A stretch of 64,000 nt of DNA from Gemmatimonadota bacterium (lineage in GTDB: Bacteria; Gemmatimonadota; Gemmatimonadetes; Palauibacterales; Palauibacteraceae), in NCBI GenBank assembly GCA_965116475.1, contig OZ220691.1, forward strand, positions 256,001-320,000. Direction: 5' to 3'. Shown here in pieces: positions 1-9,115 of this stretch. The position numbers and the translations under genes are program-made. The notes below the pieces were generated by a model that worked only from the letters and a program-made list of their open reading frames with translations, ran no database searches and was not told the DNA's origin. Every line of letters starts with the position of its first letter. The first letter of the stretch is position 1.

Positions 1-46
1 ACATCGCCAGCGCCAGCGCGCACCGGGCGACAGAGATTCGTTCCAA
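1..46 (-). CDS. Possible 5' end of a secreted protein running off the window edge
   Basis: Minus strand GGAGAG RBS, then TTG start reading MERISVARCALALAM, which looks like a signal peptide; only 15 codons visible. Confidence 0.3.
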   Translation of the reverse strand, partial: MERISVARCALALAM

Positions 47-165
47 AAGTGCTCTCCAGTTCAGTGCCGACCTGGCGGCGTCGAGGCGGGGGGCTCTCGG
101 AGCCGCTACGTGTATGTTTGGGTAGACGTTTCAACCTTCGCCCGCGTCACCGGGGAGGAAAGCGC

Positions 166-825
166 GTGGGTCTGTACTCCGAGCACATCTTTCCGCGACT
201 CATGGAGAGCGGTCTCAAGGGCGAGGTGCATCGCCGGTATCGGCGCCGGGTGCTCTCCCGTGCACAGGGAGAGGTGCTCGAGGTGGGCTTCGGCACGGGC
301 CTCAATCTCGAATGTTACCCGACGTCGGTTCGCCGCGTCACGGGGATCGACCCCGCGGCCGTGCTCGAACGCCGCGTACACGCCCGCATCGCCCGAGCCC
401 CCTTCCCCGTCGAGCGCGTGATCCACGACGCCGCCGACCGGCTCCCTTTTCCCGACGAACACTTCGACACGGTGACGAGCACCTGGACGCTGTGTTCGAT
501 CGATCGGCTCCGCGATGCCCTCCTTGAACTGAGGCGTGCGCTGAAGCCCTCCGGGGAGCTGCTCTTCCTCGAGCACGGCCGGAACGAGAGCGGCTGGGTT
601 TCGCGCCTGCAGGACACCCTCAACCCCGTCCAGAACGTCGTCGCCTGCGGCTGCAACATAAACCGGAGGATCGACGCCGAGATCGAGCGCGGGGGATTCC
701 GTATCGTGGACCTCGATCGCTTCACCATGCCCGGGGTGCCCCGGGCGCTGGGTTCCGTCTACCTTGGCGTGGCGAGATCGCGGCGCGGCGGAGGCCTCGC
801 AGAGCCGCGGCGGGCACGGTCGTGA
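166..825 (+). CDS. Class I SAM-dependent methyltransferase
   Basis: VLEVGFGTGLN motif I, LPFPDEHFDTV, LKPSGELLFLEHG; GTG start after GGAGG. Confidence 0.88.
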   Translation: MGLYSEHIFPRLMESGLKGEVHRRYRRRVLSRAQGEVLEVGFGTGLNLECYPTSVRRVTGIDPAAVLERRVHARIARAPFPVERVIHDAADRLPFPDEHFDTVTSTWTLCSIDRLRDALLELRRALKPSGELLFLEHGRNESGWVSRLQDTLNPVQNVVACGCNINRRIDAEIERGGFRIVDLDRFTMPGVPRALGSVYLGVARSRRGGGLAEPRRARS

Positions 826-831
826 CGCGGC

Positions 832-1191
832 TCAGCCCTTCAGCGTCTTCGTGGCGAGGGCGGCGCCCGCCGAGCCCGCGACGGCCGGGCCGAGCAGGAA
901 GAGAAGCGCCAGGCCCCAGTGGCCGGACGGAGGATCCGTCACCGTCACCCAGATGCCGATCGCGCCCAGCAGGGCGAGGCCCCAGCCCGGCGCCAGCCCC
1001 CAGAGGAGGGGCCGCGCGCCGCGGTGCCACCGCGTGAGGCCGAAACCCGCGGAAAAGTACAGGAGACCCCCGAGCGCGATGAGCCCGGGACCGGGTCCGA
1101 CGGGGAGATCCCTGAATACGAGCGCCAGCCCCGCGAGGCCGGCGAGGAGACAGACGATGACCGAGGCGAGGACTTTCAGGGCGGCTCTCAT
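832..1191 (-). CDS. Small hypothetical membrane protein (about 4 TM)
   Basis: 119 aa with four hydrophobic segments. Confidence 0.6.
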   Translation of the reverse strand: MRAALKVLASVIVCLLAGLAGLALVFRDLPVGPGPGLIALGGLLYFSAGFGLTRWHRGARPLLWGLAPGWGLALLGAIGIWVTVTDPPSGHWGLALLFLLGPAVAGSAGAALATKTLKG

Positions 1192-1783
1192 GGCGTGCGA
1201 AGATGCGGCGCGATCCGCGGTTTCTCAAACGTCCCCGGCGCCGGCCCTTCGCCGTCGGGCGCTCGCGGTCGCCGTCGCGTTCGCGGCCGTCGTCCACCTC
1301 GTGGGCGCCGCGGGAGCGATGGGCCAGGATGCGGATCCCGAGGGCCGCGGACCGCCGGCCATCGATCTCGAGGCGCTGGCGTGGATCGCGGGCCACTGGG
1401 GCGGGGACGCCTTCGGGGGACAGATCGATGAGGCATGGTTCAGCCCCGCTGGCCGCTCCATGTCCGGCTCCTTCCGCCTCGTCCGCGACGGTCTCGCGGT
1501 CATGTACGAACTCCTGCTGCTGGAACAGGATGACGATGGCGAGATTTACTATCGGTTCAAGCACGTCGGGCGGGGCTGGGAGCCGTGGGAGGAGACGCGG
1601 CTCGAATACCGTCTCACGGCCCTCGAAGGCCGAAAGGCCACCTTCCGGAGCACGGCCGAGGCGCCGCCGCCGAACGCTCCCTGGTGGTTCACGTACGAGA
1701 GCCCGGCAAATGCCGAATTGCTCGTCACCATTCATGGCAGCGCAGGCGGAGATCCGATCGTCCTGTCGATGACAAGGCGATGA
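1190..1783 (+). CDS. Secreted DUF6265-like protein (start uncertain)
   Basis: Signal-like segment then LAWIAGHWGG...EAWFSPAGRSMSG...YELLLLEQ...FKH pattern. Confidence 0.65.
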   Translation: MACEDAARSAVSQTSPAPALRRRALAVAVAFAAVVHLVGAAGAMGQDADPEGRGPPAIDLEALAWIAGHWGGDAFGGQIDEAWFSPAGRSMSGSFRLVRDGLAVMYELLLLEQDDDGEIYYRFKHVGRGWEPWEETRLEYRLTALEGRKATFRSTAEAPPPNAPWWFTYESPANAELLVTIHGSAGGDPIVLSMTRR

Positions 1784-1850
1784 GGCCGTATCTTTCGGGA
1801 GACGGAAAGCGTTCATCTGGCAGAGAGCCGGGCCCGACCGGGGGAGTCGT

Positions 1851-2675
1851 ATGAGAGTATTGGAGTCGAGCAACAGAGGTGCCCGTTTGGCGGCGCTGAC
1901 CCTCGTCGCGGGAGGCATGCTGGCGGGCGCGCCGGATCCGGTCGCGGCTCAGGAGGAGACGGAGAGGGAGACGGCGGAGCTGCTCGGCCAGGTGGTCAGC
2001 GCCTCGACGGGACTCCCGATCGAAGGGGCCCGCGTGATCCTCCTGGGTTCCGGGTACGGGGCGATCACCGATGCCGAAGGCAACTTCCGCGTCCCCCGGA
2101 CCTGGGCCGGCCGAGACTCGGTCGAGGTGCGGTACATCGGATATGAGGCCGGCTATACGATCATCGACCTCGAGCCGGACCAGACCACGCGCGTCACGCT
2201 GACCCTTTCGAGCACCGTCATTCGCGTCGCGGATCTCACGGTGGAGGTGCGGCAGACCCGCCGCGCGCGGCACGTGGAGGGCTTCCTGGAACGCATGGAC
2301 AAGGGATTCGGGACCTTCTTCACGCCGCGGGACATCATCAATCGTAACCCGCGCCTGCCCAGCGATCTCCTGCGCGGGCTTCCGAACGTCTCGGTGGGCC
2401 GGATCGAATACGGGAGAGCGGAGATTTTCCTTGGAGAAGGCGCCCGGCTCGGATGTCCGCCGGCGCTTTATCTGGACGGGATGTACCAGGCGGGGATGCA
2501 ATTCGACGATCTCGAGAAGGAGGTGCTCGGCGCCGTCGAGGTCTACAGGCGGGACGTCGAGACGCCGATGGAATTCATGCGTACGGGTTCGACCTGCGGC
2601 GCGATCGTGGTCTGGACGCCGGACGGCGCGGGCTTCCTGGATTGGGCCTCGGAACTTCCCGGTCCCTTCGAATAG
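1851..2675 (+). CDS. Carboxypeptidase-regulatory-like domain plus TonB plug-like domain protein, no beta-barrel
   Basis: Signal peptide; GQVVSASTGLPIEGARV...TDAEGNF...IGY; plug-like SDLLRGLPNV...LYLDG...AVEVYR...CGAIVVWT. Confidence 0.75.
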   Translation: MRVLESSNRGARLAALTLVAGGMLAGAPDPVAAQEETERETAELLGQVVSASTGLPIEGARVILLGSGYGAITDAEGNFRVPRTWAGRDSVEVRYIGYEAGYTIIDLEPDQTTRVTLTLSSTVIRVADLTVEVRQTRRARHVEGFLERMDKGFGTFFTPRDIINRNPRLPSDLLRGLPNVSVGRIEYGRAEIFLGEGARLGCPPALYLDGMYQAGMQFDDLEKEVLGAVEVYRRDVETPMEFMRTGSTCGAIVVWTPDGAGFLDWASELPGPFE

Positions 2676-2697
2676 CAGCGCCGGGCAAGACCCCGCG

Positions 2698-3120
2698 TCA
2701 GTCCCGCCCGCCGGCGGGCTCGCCGTTGAGGGTCAGCGTCCATTCGAGTTCCATGTCCTTCCGGAGCGAATGGTAGACCGAGCAGTAGCGTTCGAACGAG
2801 AGCATGACGGCGCGCCGAGCCTTGGCTTCGTCCACTTCCCCGGAGACGTGGAAGTCGAACTGGAGGCCCTTCACGTAGCGCGGCGCCGTATCCGCTCTGC
2901 GCGCCCGCGCCCGGACCGAGAGTCCGGTGAGTTCCTGGCGCCCCTTCTCGAGGATGACGACCACGTCGATTGCGGCGCAGGCGGCGACGGATTCCACCAG
3001 CAGGGCGACCGGGCTGGGGGCGATGCCCTCGTCCCCGTCGATTCGCGTCTCGTGGCCGGCCCGGTCGGCGCTGAACTTGAGCCCGCCGTCCCACCGGATC
3101 TGGATTCCGTCCCTGTTCAT
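2698..3120 (-). CDS. OsmC/Ohr (YhfA-like) family protein
   Basis: PSPVALLVESVAACAAIDVV and SFERYCSVYHSL two-Cys motifs. Confidence 0.88.
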   Translation of the reverse strand: MNRDGIQIRWDGGLKFSADRAGHETRIDGDEGIAPSPVALLVESVAACAAIDVVVILEKGRQELTGLSVRARARRADTAPRYVKGLQFDFHVSGEVDEAKARRAVMLSFERYCSVYHSLRKDMELEWTLTLNGEPAGGRD

Positions 3121-3226
3121 CTCGATCTCCGTGGCTGGTGTTCAGACCTCGGGCAACATAGTACAACACGGTTGGCGGCCCGTGGCAAAACCCTGCGTCC
3201 GGGCCGGGAGCGGGCTGCCGAACCGC

Positions 3227-3253
3227 TGAAACCGTCCCGGGATGGAGGGCGTA
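3227..3253 (+). promoter_or_regulatory. Putative ECF sigma promoter (TGAAAC-N17-CGTA)
   Basis: Resembles the SigW-type consensus; ends 22 nt upstream of the ATG at 3276. Confidence 0.35.
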
Positions 3254-3275
3254 CGGGCTTTTCGGGAGGTGCGAC

Positions 3276-3560
3276 ATGCTCGAGTTCATCGGGAATTTTC
3301 TCTGGCTCGCCATCGCCGGCGCCGCTTCGGTCGGCGGTTATGTGACGATGAAGAGGTTCGTGCGCGGACGGCTGCGCTTCGTCGACGGCGTTCACCGGCG
3401 CGGCGTTCCGCTCGTGGCCGGGGTCGCGGGCTGGGGCGTCGGACTGCTGGCCGCGGTGCTGCCGTTGGTCACTCCCCTCACGGCCGTCCTGTTCGGGATC
3501 GGAGTCGGTACCGGCGTGGCGGCGGGCCGCAGGGAGATCAAGCGCCTCCCGAGCCCTTGA
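3276..3560 (+). CDS. Small hypothetical membrane protein
   Basis: GGAGG RBS, 94 aa, about 3 hydrophobic segments; stop overlaps the next start (TTGA). Confidence 0.7.
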   Translation: MLEFIGNFLWLAIAGAASVGGYVTMKRFVRGRLRFVDGVHRRGVPLVAGVAGWGVGLLAAVLPLVTPLTAVLFGIGVGTGVAAGRREIKRLPSP

Positions 3561-4729
3561 CCTTCTCCGCGGACCCGCTGCGCCTCACAACCGTCCTCAC
3601 GGACCTCGTCTCCACCAACTCGGTGAACCCGTCCCTCGTGGAGGGGGCCCCCGGCGAGGCGGAGATCGCGACACTCACGATGCGGCACCTGCTCGAGGCG
3701 AGCCTCGAAGTGACCCGGTACGAGCCGGAGGCGGGCCGGCCGAGCATCGTCGGGCGCCTCGAGGGCGCGGGGGAAGGGCCGGCGCTGATGCTGAACGCCC
3801 ACTACGACACGGTCGGCGTGGAGGGCATGGACGCGCCGTTCTCGCCGAGCATACGGGACGGTCGGCTCTACGGACGCGGCGCCTACGACATGAAAGGGGC
3901 GCTGGCCGCCTGTATCGAGGCCGCCCGCCTCCTCCGCGAATCCGAAACGCGCCTTGCCGGCGATGTCCTCGTGGCCGCGGTGGCCGACGAGGAGTACGCG
4001 AGCCTGGGCACCGCGGACCTGCTCGAACGGCGCGCGCGGGGGGAACTCGCCTTCGACGCCGCGATCGTCACCGAGCCCACATCGCTGGAGTTGTGCGTGG
4101 CCCACCGCGGATTCACGTGGGTCGAGATCGTGACGCGCGGACGCGCCGCCCACGGAAGCCGCTACGGGGACGGCATCGATGCGAACCTGCGCATGGGACG
4201 CGTCCTGCACCGGCTGGAGGCGTTCATTGAGGAGCTCCAGTCCCGGCCGGGGCACCCCCTCCTCGGCCCGCCGTCGATGCACGCGGCGCTGGTGGAGGGC
4301 GGGAGCGGGATCAGCACCTACTCCCCGCGCTGCACGCTCAAGGTCGAGCGGCGGACCGTGCCGCCCGAGACGCGGGAGTCCGTGGAGGGCGAGATCGCGG
4401 CCCTGATCGAGGATCTGCGCGCGGAGGACCCATCCCTCGAGGTCGACTGGTCGACCTTCTTCCACCGCGAGCCCTTCGAGACGACGCCGGAGGCGCCGGT
4501 CGCGGCCTGCGTATCGCGCGCCGTCCGCACCGTGTTCGGCCGGATGCCGGATGTCATCGGCGATTCCCCCTGGATGGACTCCGCCCTGACGCAGGCCGCG
4601 GGCGTCGACAGCGTCGTGATCGGCCCGCACGGCGCGGGCGCGCATGCCGACGAGGAATGGGTGGACCTCGAATCGTGTGCGCGGCTGGCCGAAATCCTCG
4701 CCGGGGCGGCCGCCGACTACTGCGCCTGA
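3557..4729 (+). CDS. M20 family ArgE/DapE-like deacylase
   Basis: LMLNAHYDTV, LYGRGAYDMKG, VADEE, IVTEPT, GRAAHGS, GAHADEEWV. Confidence 0.92.
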   Translation: MTFSADPLRLTTVLTDLVSTNSVNPSLVEGAPGEAEIATLTMRHLLEASLEVTRYEPEAGRPSIVGRLEGAGEGPALMLNAHYDTVGVEGMDAPFSPSIRDGRLYGRGAYDMKGALAACIEAARLLRESETRLAGDVLVAAVADEEYASLGTADLLERRARGELAFDAAIVTEPTSLELCVAHRGFTWVEIVTRGRAAHGSRYGDGIDANLRMGRVLHRLEAFIEELQSRPGHPLLGPPSMHAALVEGGSGISTYSPRCTLKVERRTVPPETRESVEGEIAALIEDLRAEDPSLEVDWSTFFHREPFETTPEAPVAACVSRAVRTVFGRMPDVIGDSPWMDSALTQAAGVDSVVIGPHGAGAHADEEWVDLESCARLAEILAGAAADYCA

Positions 4730-4730
4730 T

Positions 4731-6905
4731 TCAGCGGGCGAACAGGTCCTCGACGGACAGCCCCATCCGCAGCTTCCGTTCTATCGCCCCCTGCCAACCC
4801 GCGGGACGGGCATCGAACAGGTTGTCGACGCCGGCGACCAGCCTGAGGCCTCGCCCGAGATCGACGGAGGTCTGCAGGTCGATGGCCACGAACCGCTCCT
4901 GCGTGCCGATCGTCGCGTCGCTCCCATCGGGACCCGTCCCAATGATCGGCGCGGCGCCCGTGAGATGCGCCGTGGCATCCAGGCTCAATCCGGAGTGCGC
5001 CTCGGCGGTCCACGCCGCCCGGACGCGCGCGGAGTGTGCGGCGCGCCGGTCCAGCGGGAGTCCCGAGTCGACCGCGTATGCGTCGAGGTACGCGTAGCCT
5101 GCGGCGAACTCCGCCCCACCCAGGACGGCGCGGAGGCTGAACTCGAACCCGCGCGTGACCGCTTCCGCGACGTTCCGGGGGGAGAGGATGAGGAGACCGC
5201 TCTCGGCATTCCCGACGAACCCCGGCTCGATGAGGTTCCGAATCCGGTTGGAAAAGCCCTCGACCCCGACCCGAACCGTCGCTGCCGGCTGCCAGTCCAC
5301 CCCGCCGGAGATGTTCCACGAGCGCTCCGGATCCAGTTCCGGGAACCCCTGGAGGACATAACCGCCCCCCACGTTGACGAAGTTCCATGCCAGCTCCTTG
5401 AAGGACGGCGCCCGGAAACCGCGGGCCACCGCGGCCCGCAGATGCACGTGCGCTCCGGCGCGCCGGGTCACGCCCACGGTCGGCGAGAGGTTCGAGCCCC
5501 AGCGGTCGTTCCAGGTGAGGCGGGCGCCGCCGCTCAACACGGTGCCTCCGAGACGCCAGGCGTCCTGCGCGAAGAGCGCGAGTTGCCGGTCGGCCGCACG
5601 CTCCTCGACGAGCTTGTCGGGCGACCGAATCGCGCGGCTCGCGACCTCGAGACCGACGTCGACCGAATGCCCGCCCAGGGCGGCCGAATACCCCGCGGCG
5701 CCCTTCGCGAGACGCTCCCACTGCGTGGCTTCGCCGTCATCGGCGATGGGAGCATCTCCACGGGCGCTTCGGTACAGGTGCTCGTATTCCTGAAGAAAGA
5801 GACTTCCGCTCCACGTCCCGGGACCCAGCGGCCGTCGCGCCTCGACCCACCCGGAGAATCCCGCGTTGTCGTTGAACCCCGAGAACGCGCCGCCCACCGG
5901 CCAGCGCTGCCGCTCGCGAAGGTAGGTGGCGGTGGCGCGAAGGTCCCACGCGTCCGACGCCTTGAACTGAAGGCGGGACCGGAAGTCCCAGACGCGGGCG
6001 AAGGCGCTCGGCCCCCGGTCGGCGAGCCCCGGGATCCGGTCTTCCTGGCGCCAGCCGCCCGTGATTCGATATCGGAGGCGGCCCCCGCCGCTTGCCGTCG
6101 CCTCTGCCTCGCGGCGTCCGGCACCGCCCGACAAGGCGCGCGCCCCGACCCGAAACCCCGCAGCCGGAAGCTGCGTGATGACGTTCACGACGCCGCCGAG
6201 CGCATCGGAGCCGTACAGGGACGAGAGGGGGCCCTTCACGATCTCCACCCGCTCCACGCCCGCCAGCGACATGCGGCTCAGGTCGCGGTTCTCCAGCAGC
6301 GCACCCGCGGTCGGTTGACCGTCGAGGAGGACGAGGACGCGGGCGCCGCCGACGCCCCGGATCATGAGGTTCGAGCCGACCGGAGCAGCGGCCGTCACCT
6401 GGACGCCGGGAAGCTCCGCCAGCAGCCGGTCCGCGGCCGCGACGCCGGCCGCGTCGATCTCCTCGGCTTCCACCGTCGCCATCGGCACCGCGATCTGCGA
6501 GCGGAGCCGCGGGAGCGGGCTTGCCGTGACGACGATTTCGTCGAGCGCCAGCGGGTCGCGCTCGAGCCCGATTCGCCATCCCGCCTCGATCGCATCCCGT
6601 CCGGCGAGGGTGCGGGAACGGTACCCAAGCGCCGAGACGATGACGGCGCCTCCGGAGTCCCAGCTCGCGTCGGGAACGAAGGAACCGCCAGCGTCCGTGC
6701 GCACCGCGGCTCCACGGGCGACCGAATCCGGCGAGACGCCGGCGAGGGGGTCCGGCATCCACGCCACCTCGGCGTCGGAGATCGCCGCCCCCGATTCGAG
6801 ATCGTAGACGCGCCCCTCCGACTGAGCCCAGGCCGCGTGCGGCCGGAGGATGCCGACGGCGCCGATGGCGACGCAAAGCGCCAGCCGGGCGACGCGCACC
6901 CTCAT
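4731..6905 (-). CDS. TonB-dependent receptor (probable haem receptor, HmuR-like)
   Basis: LDEIVVTA, plug RVEIVKGPLSSLYGSDALGGVVNVIT, GFRAPSF, PELDPERS, GVDNLFD; ATGA overlap with the HmuY gene. Confidence 0.9.
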   Translation of the reverse strand: MRVRVARLALCVAIGAVGILRPHAAWAQSEGRVYDLESGAAISDAEVAWMPDPLAGVSPDSVARGAAVRTDAGGSFVPDASWDSGGAVIVSALGYRSRTLAGRDAIEAGWRIGLERDPLALDEIVVTASPLPRLRSQIAVPMATVEAEEIDAAGVAAADRLLAELPGVQVTAAAPVGSNLMIRGVGGARVLVLLDGQPTAGALLENRDLSRMSLAGVERVEIVKGPLSSLYGSDALGGVVNVITQLPAAGFRVGARALSGGAGRREAEATASGGGRLRYRITGGWRQEDRIPGLADRGPSAFARVWDFRSRLQFKASDAWDLRATATYLRERQRWPVGGAFSGFNDNAGFSGWVEARRPLGPGTWSGSLFLQEYEHLYRSARGDAPIADDGEATQWERLAKGAAGYSAALGGHSVDVGLEVASRAIRSPDKLVEERAADRQLALFAQDAWRLGGTVLSGGARLTWNDRWGSNLSPTVGVTRRAGAHVHLRAAVARGFRAPSFKELAWNFVNVGGGYVLQGFPELDPERSWNISGGVDWQPAATVRVGVEGFSNRIRNLIEPGFVGNAESGLLILSPRNVAEAVTRGFEFSLRAVLGGAEFAAGYAYLDAYAVDSGLPLDRRAAHSARVRAAWTAEAHSGLSLDATAHLTGAAPIIGTGPDGSDATIGTQERFVAIDLQTSVDLGRGLRLVAGVDNLFDARPAGWQGAIERKLRMGLSVEDLFAR

Positions 6906-7981
6906 CGGAGCCGCTGGAACCTCAAGGAGGGGAAGCCCGAATCCCCGGTCGCATTGTAGTAGTCGAAGAGCTGCACCTTGTAGACCTCCTCGGCCACCCG
7001 GACGAGGAAGACATTGTACGTCGGCCACATTCGATTGCTCTGCCGGATGCTGTACCAGAACGTGCCCTGCGCATCGGATGTCGTGGCCGGAAACGCGCCG
7101 GCGATCGTCGAGAGGAAGCCGGCATAATCCGGCGCGTCGTCGGCCCGGGCCAGCGCGGTGAAGTCGTCCGTCGCGTCGAGCGGGAAGGTTCCCGCCCCGC
7201 AGGCTTCGTTCACCAGTATCGTGAACTCGGGCGACGTCGCGACGTCCCAGTCGCAACCGGCGGGGTCGCGCACGATCCCGTTCGACAGGCCCACGTACAC
7301 GGGACCGCGAGTGAGATCGAGCGCGAGAGTCTCCGGCGCGCCGAGGCTGCCGCCCGGATCGTGGCGGCGGAACTGGATGGTCGCCCCCACCGGCCTCTCT
7401 CCCTGCATCGCGATGTCCACCATGCGAATCACGCCGTACCCGCGTCCCGAACCCTCGCGCAACTTCCAGGCCGCGGCGGGATTCGCGACGATCGAGCCCC
7501 GTTGGGGATCGAAGCGGAACCACGACGGGCCCGTCTCGGGCGACAGGACATCTTCGACGAATCCCGCCGCCGGGATGTCAGCGGCCGTGACCGCCTCGAA
7601 CGCCGCTTCCCCATCCTGCGGGGTCAGCGCCGCGACCTGATCGGCCGTCAGGCCCGCGTTGTTCCCCAGGCTGACCGCCGACACGGAGCCGGGGCCCGCA
7701 ACGCCCCCGTTCAACCGGACGGAAAACCTGCGGAACGCCATGTCCCACGACGTGGAACCACCGGGGTCCGCGGGGCTCTGGACCGCCCCGCCACCGGTCA
7801 GGCTCACATAGGCGAAGGAGACGGGCGAGGAAGCGTCGATCGAGATCACGCCTTCTTCGAACGTTTCCTCCTCGGGGGGCGCGGCGACTTCCGACTCGCA
7901 TCCCGCAGCGGCCGCGAGCATGAAAGGAATCGTCAGCGCGCGGAGCGGAATCCGCGGCGCGACGGGCAGGCATCGATACAT
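6902..7981 (-). CDS. hmuY: HmuY-family haem-binding lipoprotein
   Basis: Lipobox AAAGC; WDMAFRRFSVRLNGG and YKVQLFDYY..GDSGFPSLRF typical of HmuY; GGAGA RBS. Confidence 0.8.
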   Translation of the reverse strand: MYRCLPVAPRIPLRALTIPFMLAAAAGCESEVAAPPEEETFEEGVISIDASSPVSFAYVSLTGGGAVQSPADPGGSTSWDMAFRRFSVRLNGGVAGPGSVSAVSLGNNAGLTADQVAALTPQDGEAAFEAVTAADIPAAGFVEDVLSPETGPSWFRFDPQRGSIVANPAAAWKLREGSGRGYGVIRMVDIAMQGERPVGATIQFRRHDPGGSLGAPETLALDLTRGPVYVGLSNGIVRDPAGCDWDVATSPEFTILVNEACGAGTFPLDATDDFTALARADDAPDYAGFLSTIAGAFPATTSDAQGTFWYSIRQSNRMWPTYNVFLVRVAEEVYKVQLFDYYNATGDSGFPSLRFQRLR

Positions 7982-8021
7982 GTAAACATCTCCGTGTCGA
8001 GATCCAGCGCCGTTCGGGGGT

Positions 8022-9026
8022 TCATGGCCGCTCGCGGACGGGTGACGGCGCGCGCCTTCCCGCGGCAGTCGTACAGGGTCCGAGCGGTGAGACGAAACCG
8101 TTGGCGCAGAAGCGCGCCCTGGCCTTCGCCGCAATCCAGTCGGTGATGAGGGGATGGGGCAGGAAGCCTTCGGTGGCGGTGTATTCGAGACCCTCCAGCA
8201 CGTCGGCGTAGGGCCCGAAGCCTGACACGCGGTACGGGATCACGAGGACGTGCCGGTGACGCTCACCCATTCCGACCACCAGCGTCCTGATCCGCGCCTC
8301 TGCCTCCTCCCTCTCGCTGGCCCAGTCTTCTCTCAGCGTGCCGACGTGGACCTCCGCGTAGCCGTCGTCCCGCAGCGCACCGGCTGCGTCCTCCATGGAG
8401 CGGAGCACCCGCCGGTCCTCTCCTTCATCTCCCATGCCATGGGCGAGCAGCAGTACGCCGCTCTCGGCGGCAGTTACACCGGCGGTCGCGGCCCGGTCGG
8501 CCAGAATACGAGCGGCCTGGCCGGATCCTCCCAGTCCCTCGGTCTCCAGCAGGATCCGGCTGCCGTTCGCGAGCGGCTCGAGTTCCGTCCCGCTCACCAT
8601 TCGGTGTCCCACCATCGCGCGCTTGGGCGGGTCCGGACGGAGCCCGAGCAGGAACTCCGTCGGGTGCAGGAACGACGCCCCGGACACGAACAGCCTCACG
8701 ACGGCCACCGTGTTCACATCCTCGTCCGCCAGGGCGTCGAGGGCGGTCTGCATCGTCTCCGGGTTGGCCATGCCCAGCGCCAGGGACACGGGGATCTTCT
8801 CGCGGAGCGGCCGCACGGCGTCCTCGACCCGTCCGTTCCACTCCTCCCCACCCCCGTGCGCCATGACGAGCATCCCGGGCCGCGGCTCCGGGGCAGGCGC
8901 AACTCCCGCGCGTTCCGGACCGGAACCCCGTTCGACGTCCGGCTGCGGTCCCCCTGCGGACGCGCAGCCGCTCAGCACCCAGAACAATCCAAGGGCGGCG
9001 ACAGGCGCCCCCGACCCATTCGACAT
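8022..9026 (-). CDS. CbiX/SirB-like class II chelatase with a lipoprotein signal
   Basis: Two chelatase-type half domains (LVMAHGG...VVRLFVSG and LLLAHGMGD...LVIPY); N-terminal LGLFWVLSGC lipobox. Confidence 0.75.
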   Translation of the reverse strand: MSNGSGAPVAALGLFWVLSGCASAGGPQPDVERGSGPERAGVAPAPEPRPGMLVMAHGGGEEWNGRVEDAVRPLREKIPVSLALGMANPETMQTALDALADEDVNTVAVVRLFVSGASFLHPTEFLLGLRPDPPKRAMVGHRMVSGTELEPLANGSRILLETEGLGGSGQAARILADRAATAGVTAAESGVLLLAHGMGDEGEDRRVLRSMEDAAGALRDDGYAEVHVGTLREDWASEREEAEARIRTLVVGMGERHRHVLVIPYRVSGFGPYADVLEGLEYTATEGFLPHPLITDWIAAKARARFCANGFVSPLGPCTTAAGRRAPSPVRERP

Positions 9027-9048
9027 CGACTCGACCCCGGCATGAAGT

Positions 9049-9067
9049 GATAATGAGAATCATTCTC
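9049..9067. promoter_or_regulatory. Fur box
   Basis: GATAATGAGAATCATTCTC matches the GATAATGATAATCATTATC consensus at 17/19, 22 nt upstream of the chelatase start. Confidence 0.88.
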
Positions 9068-9071
9068 AACT

Positions 9072-9099
9072 ATAATAGTCAGATGAAGATGCGCGTCAC
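9072..9099 (-). promoter_or_regulatory. Putative sigma70 promoter of the chelatase-hmuY-receptor operon
   Basis: Minus strand GTGACG-N16-TATTAT immediately upstream of the Fur box. Confidence 0.5.
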
Positions 9100-9115
9100 T
9101 TGAGGGGAGTGCAAG

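Noticed and set aside
8022-9115. cbiX plus TonB receptor as a cobalamin locus
   Set aside because: No room for a B12 riboswitch, and a strong Fur box and HmuY point to haem and iron
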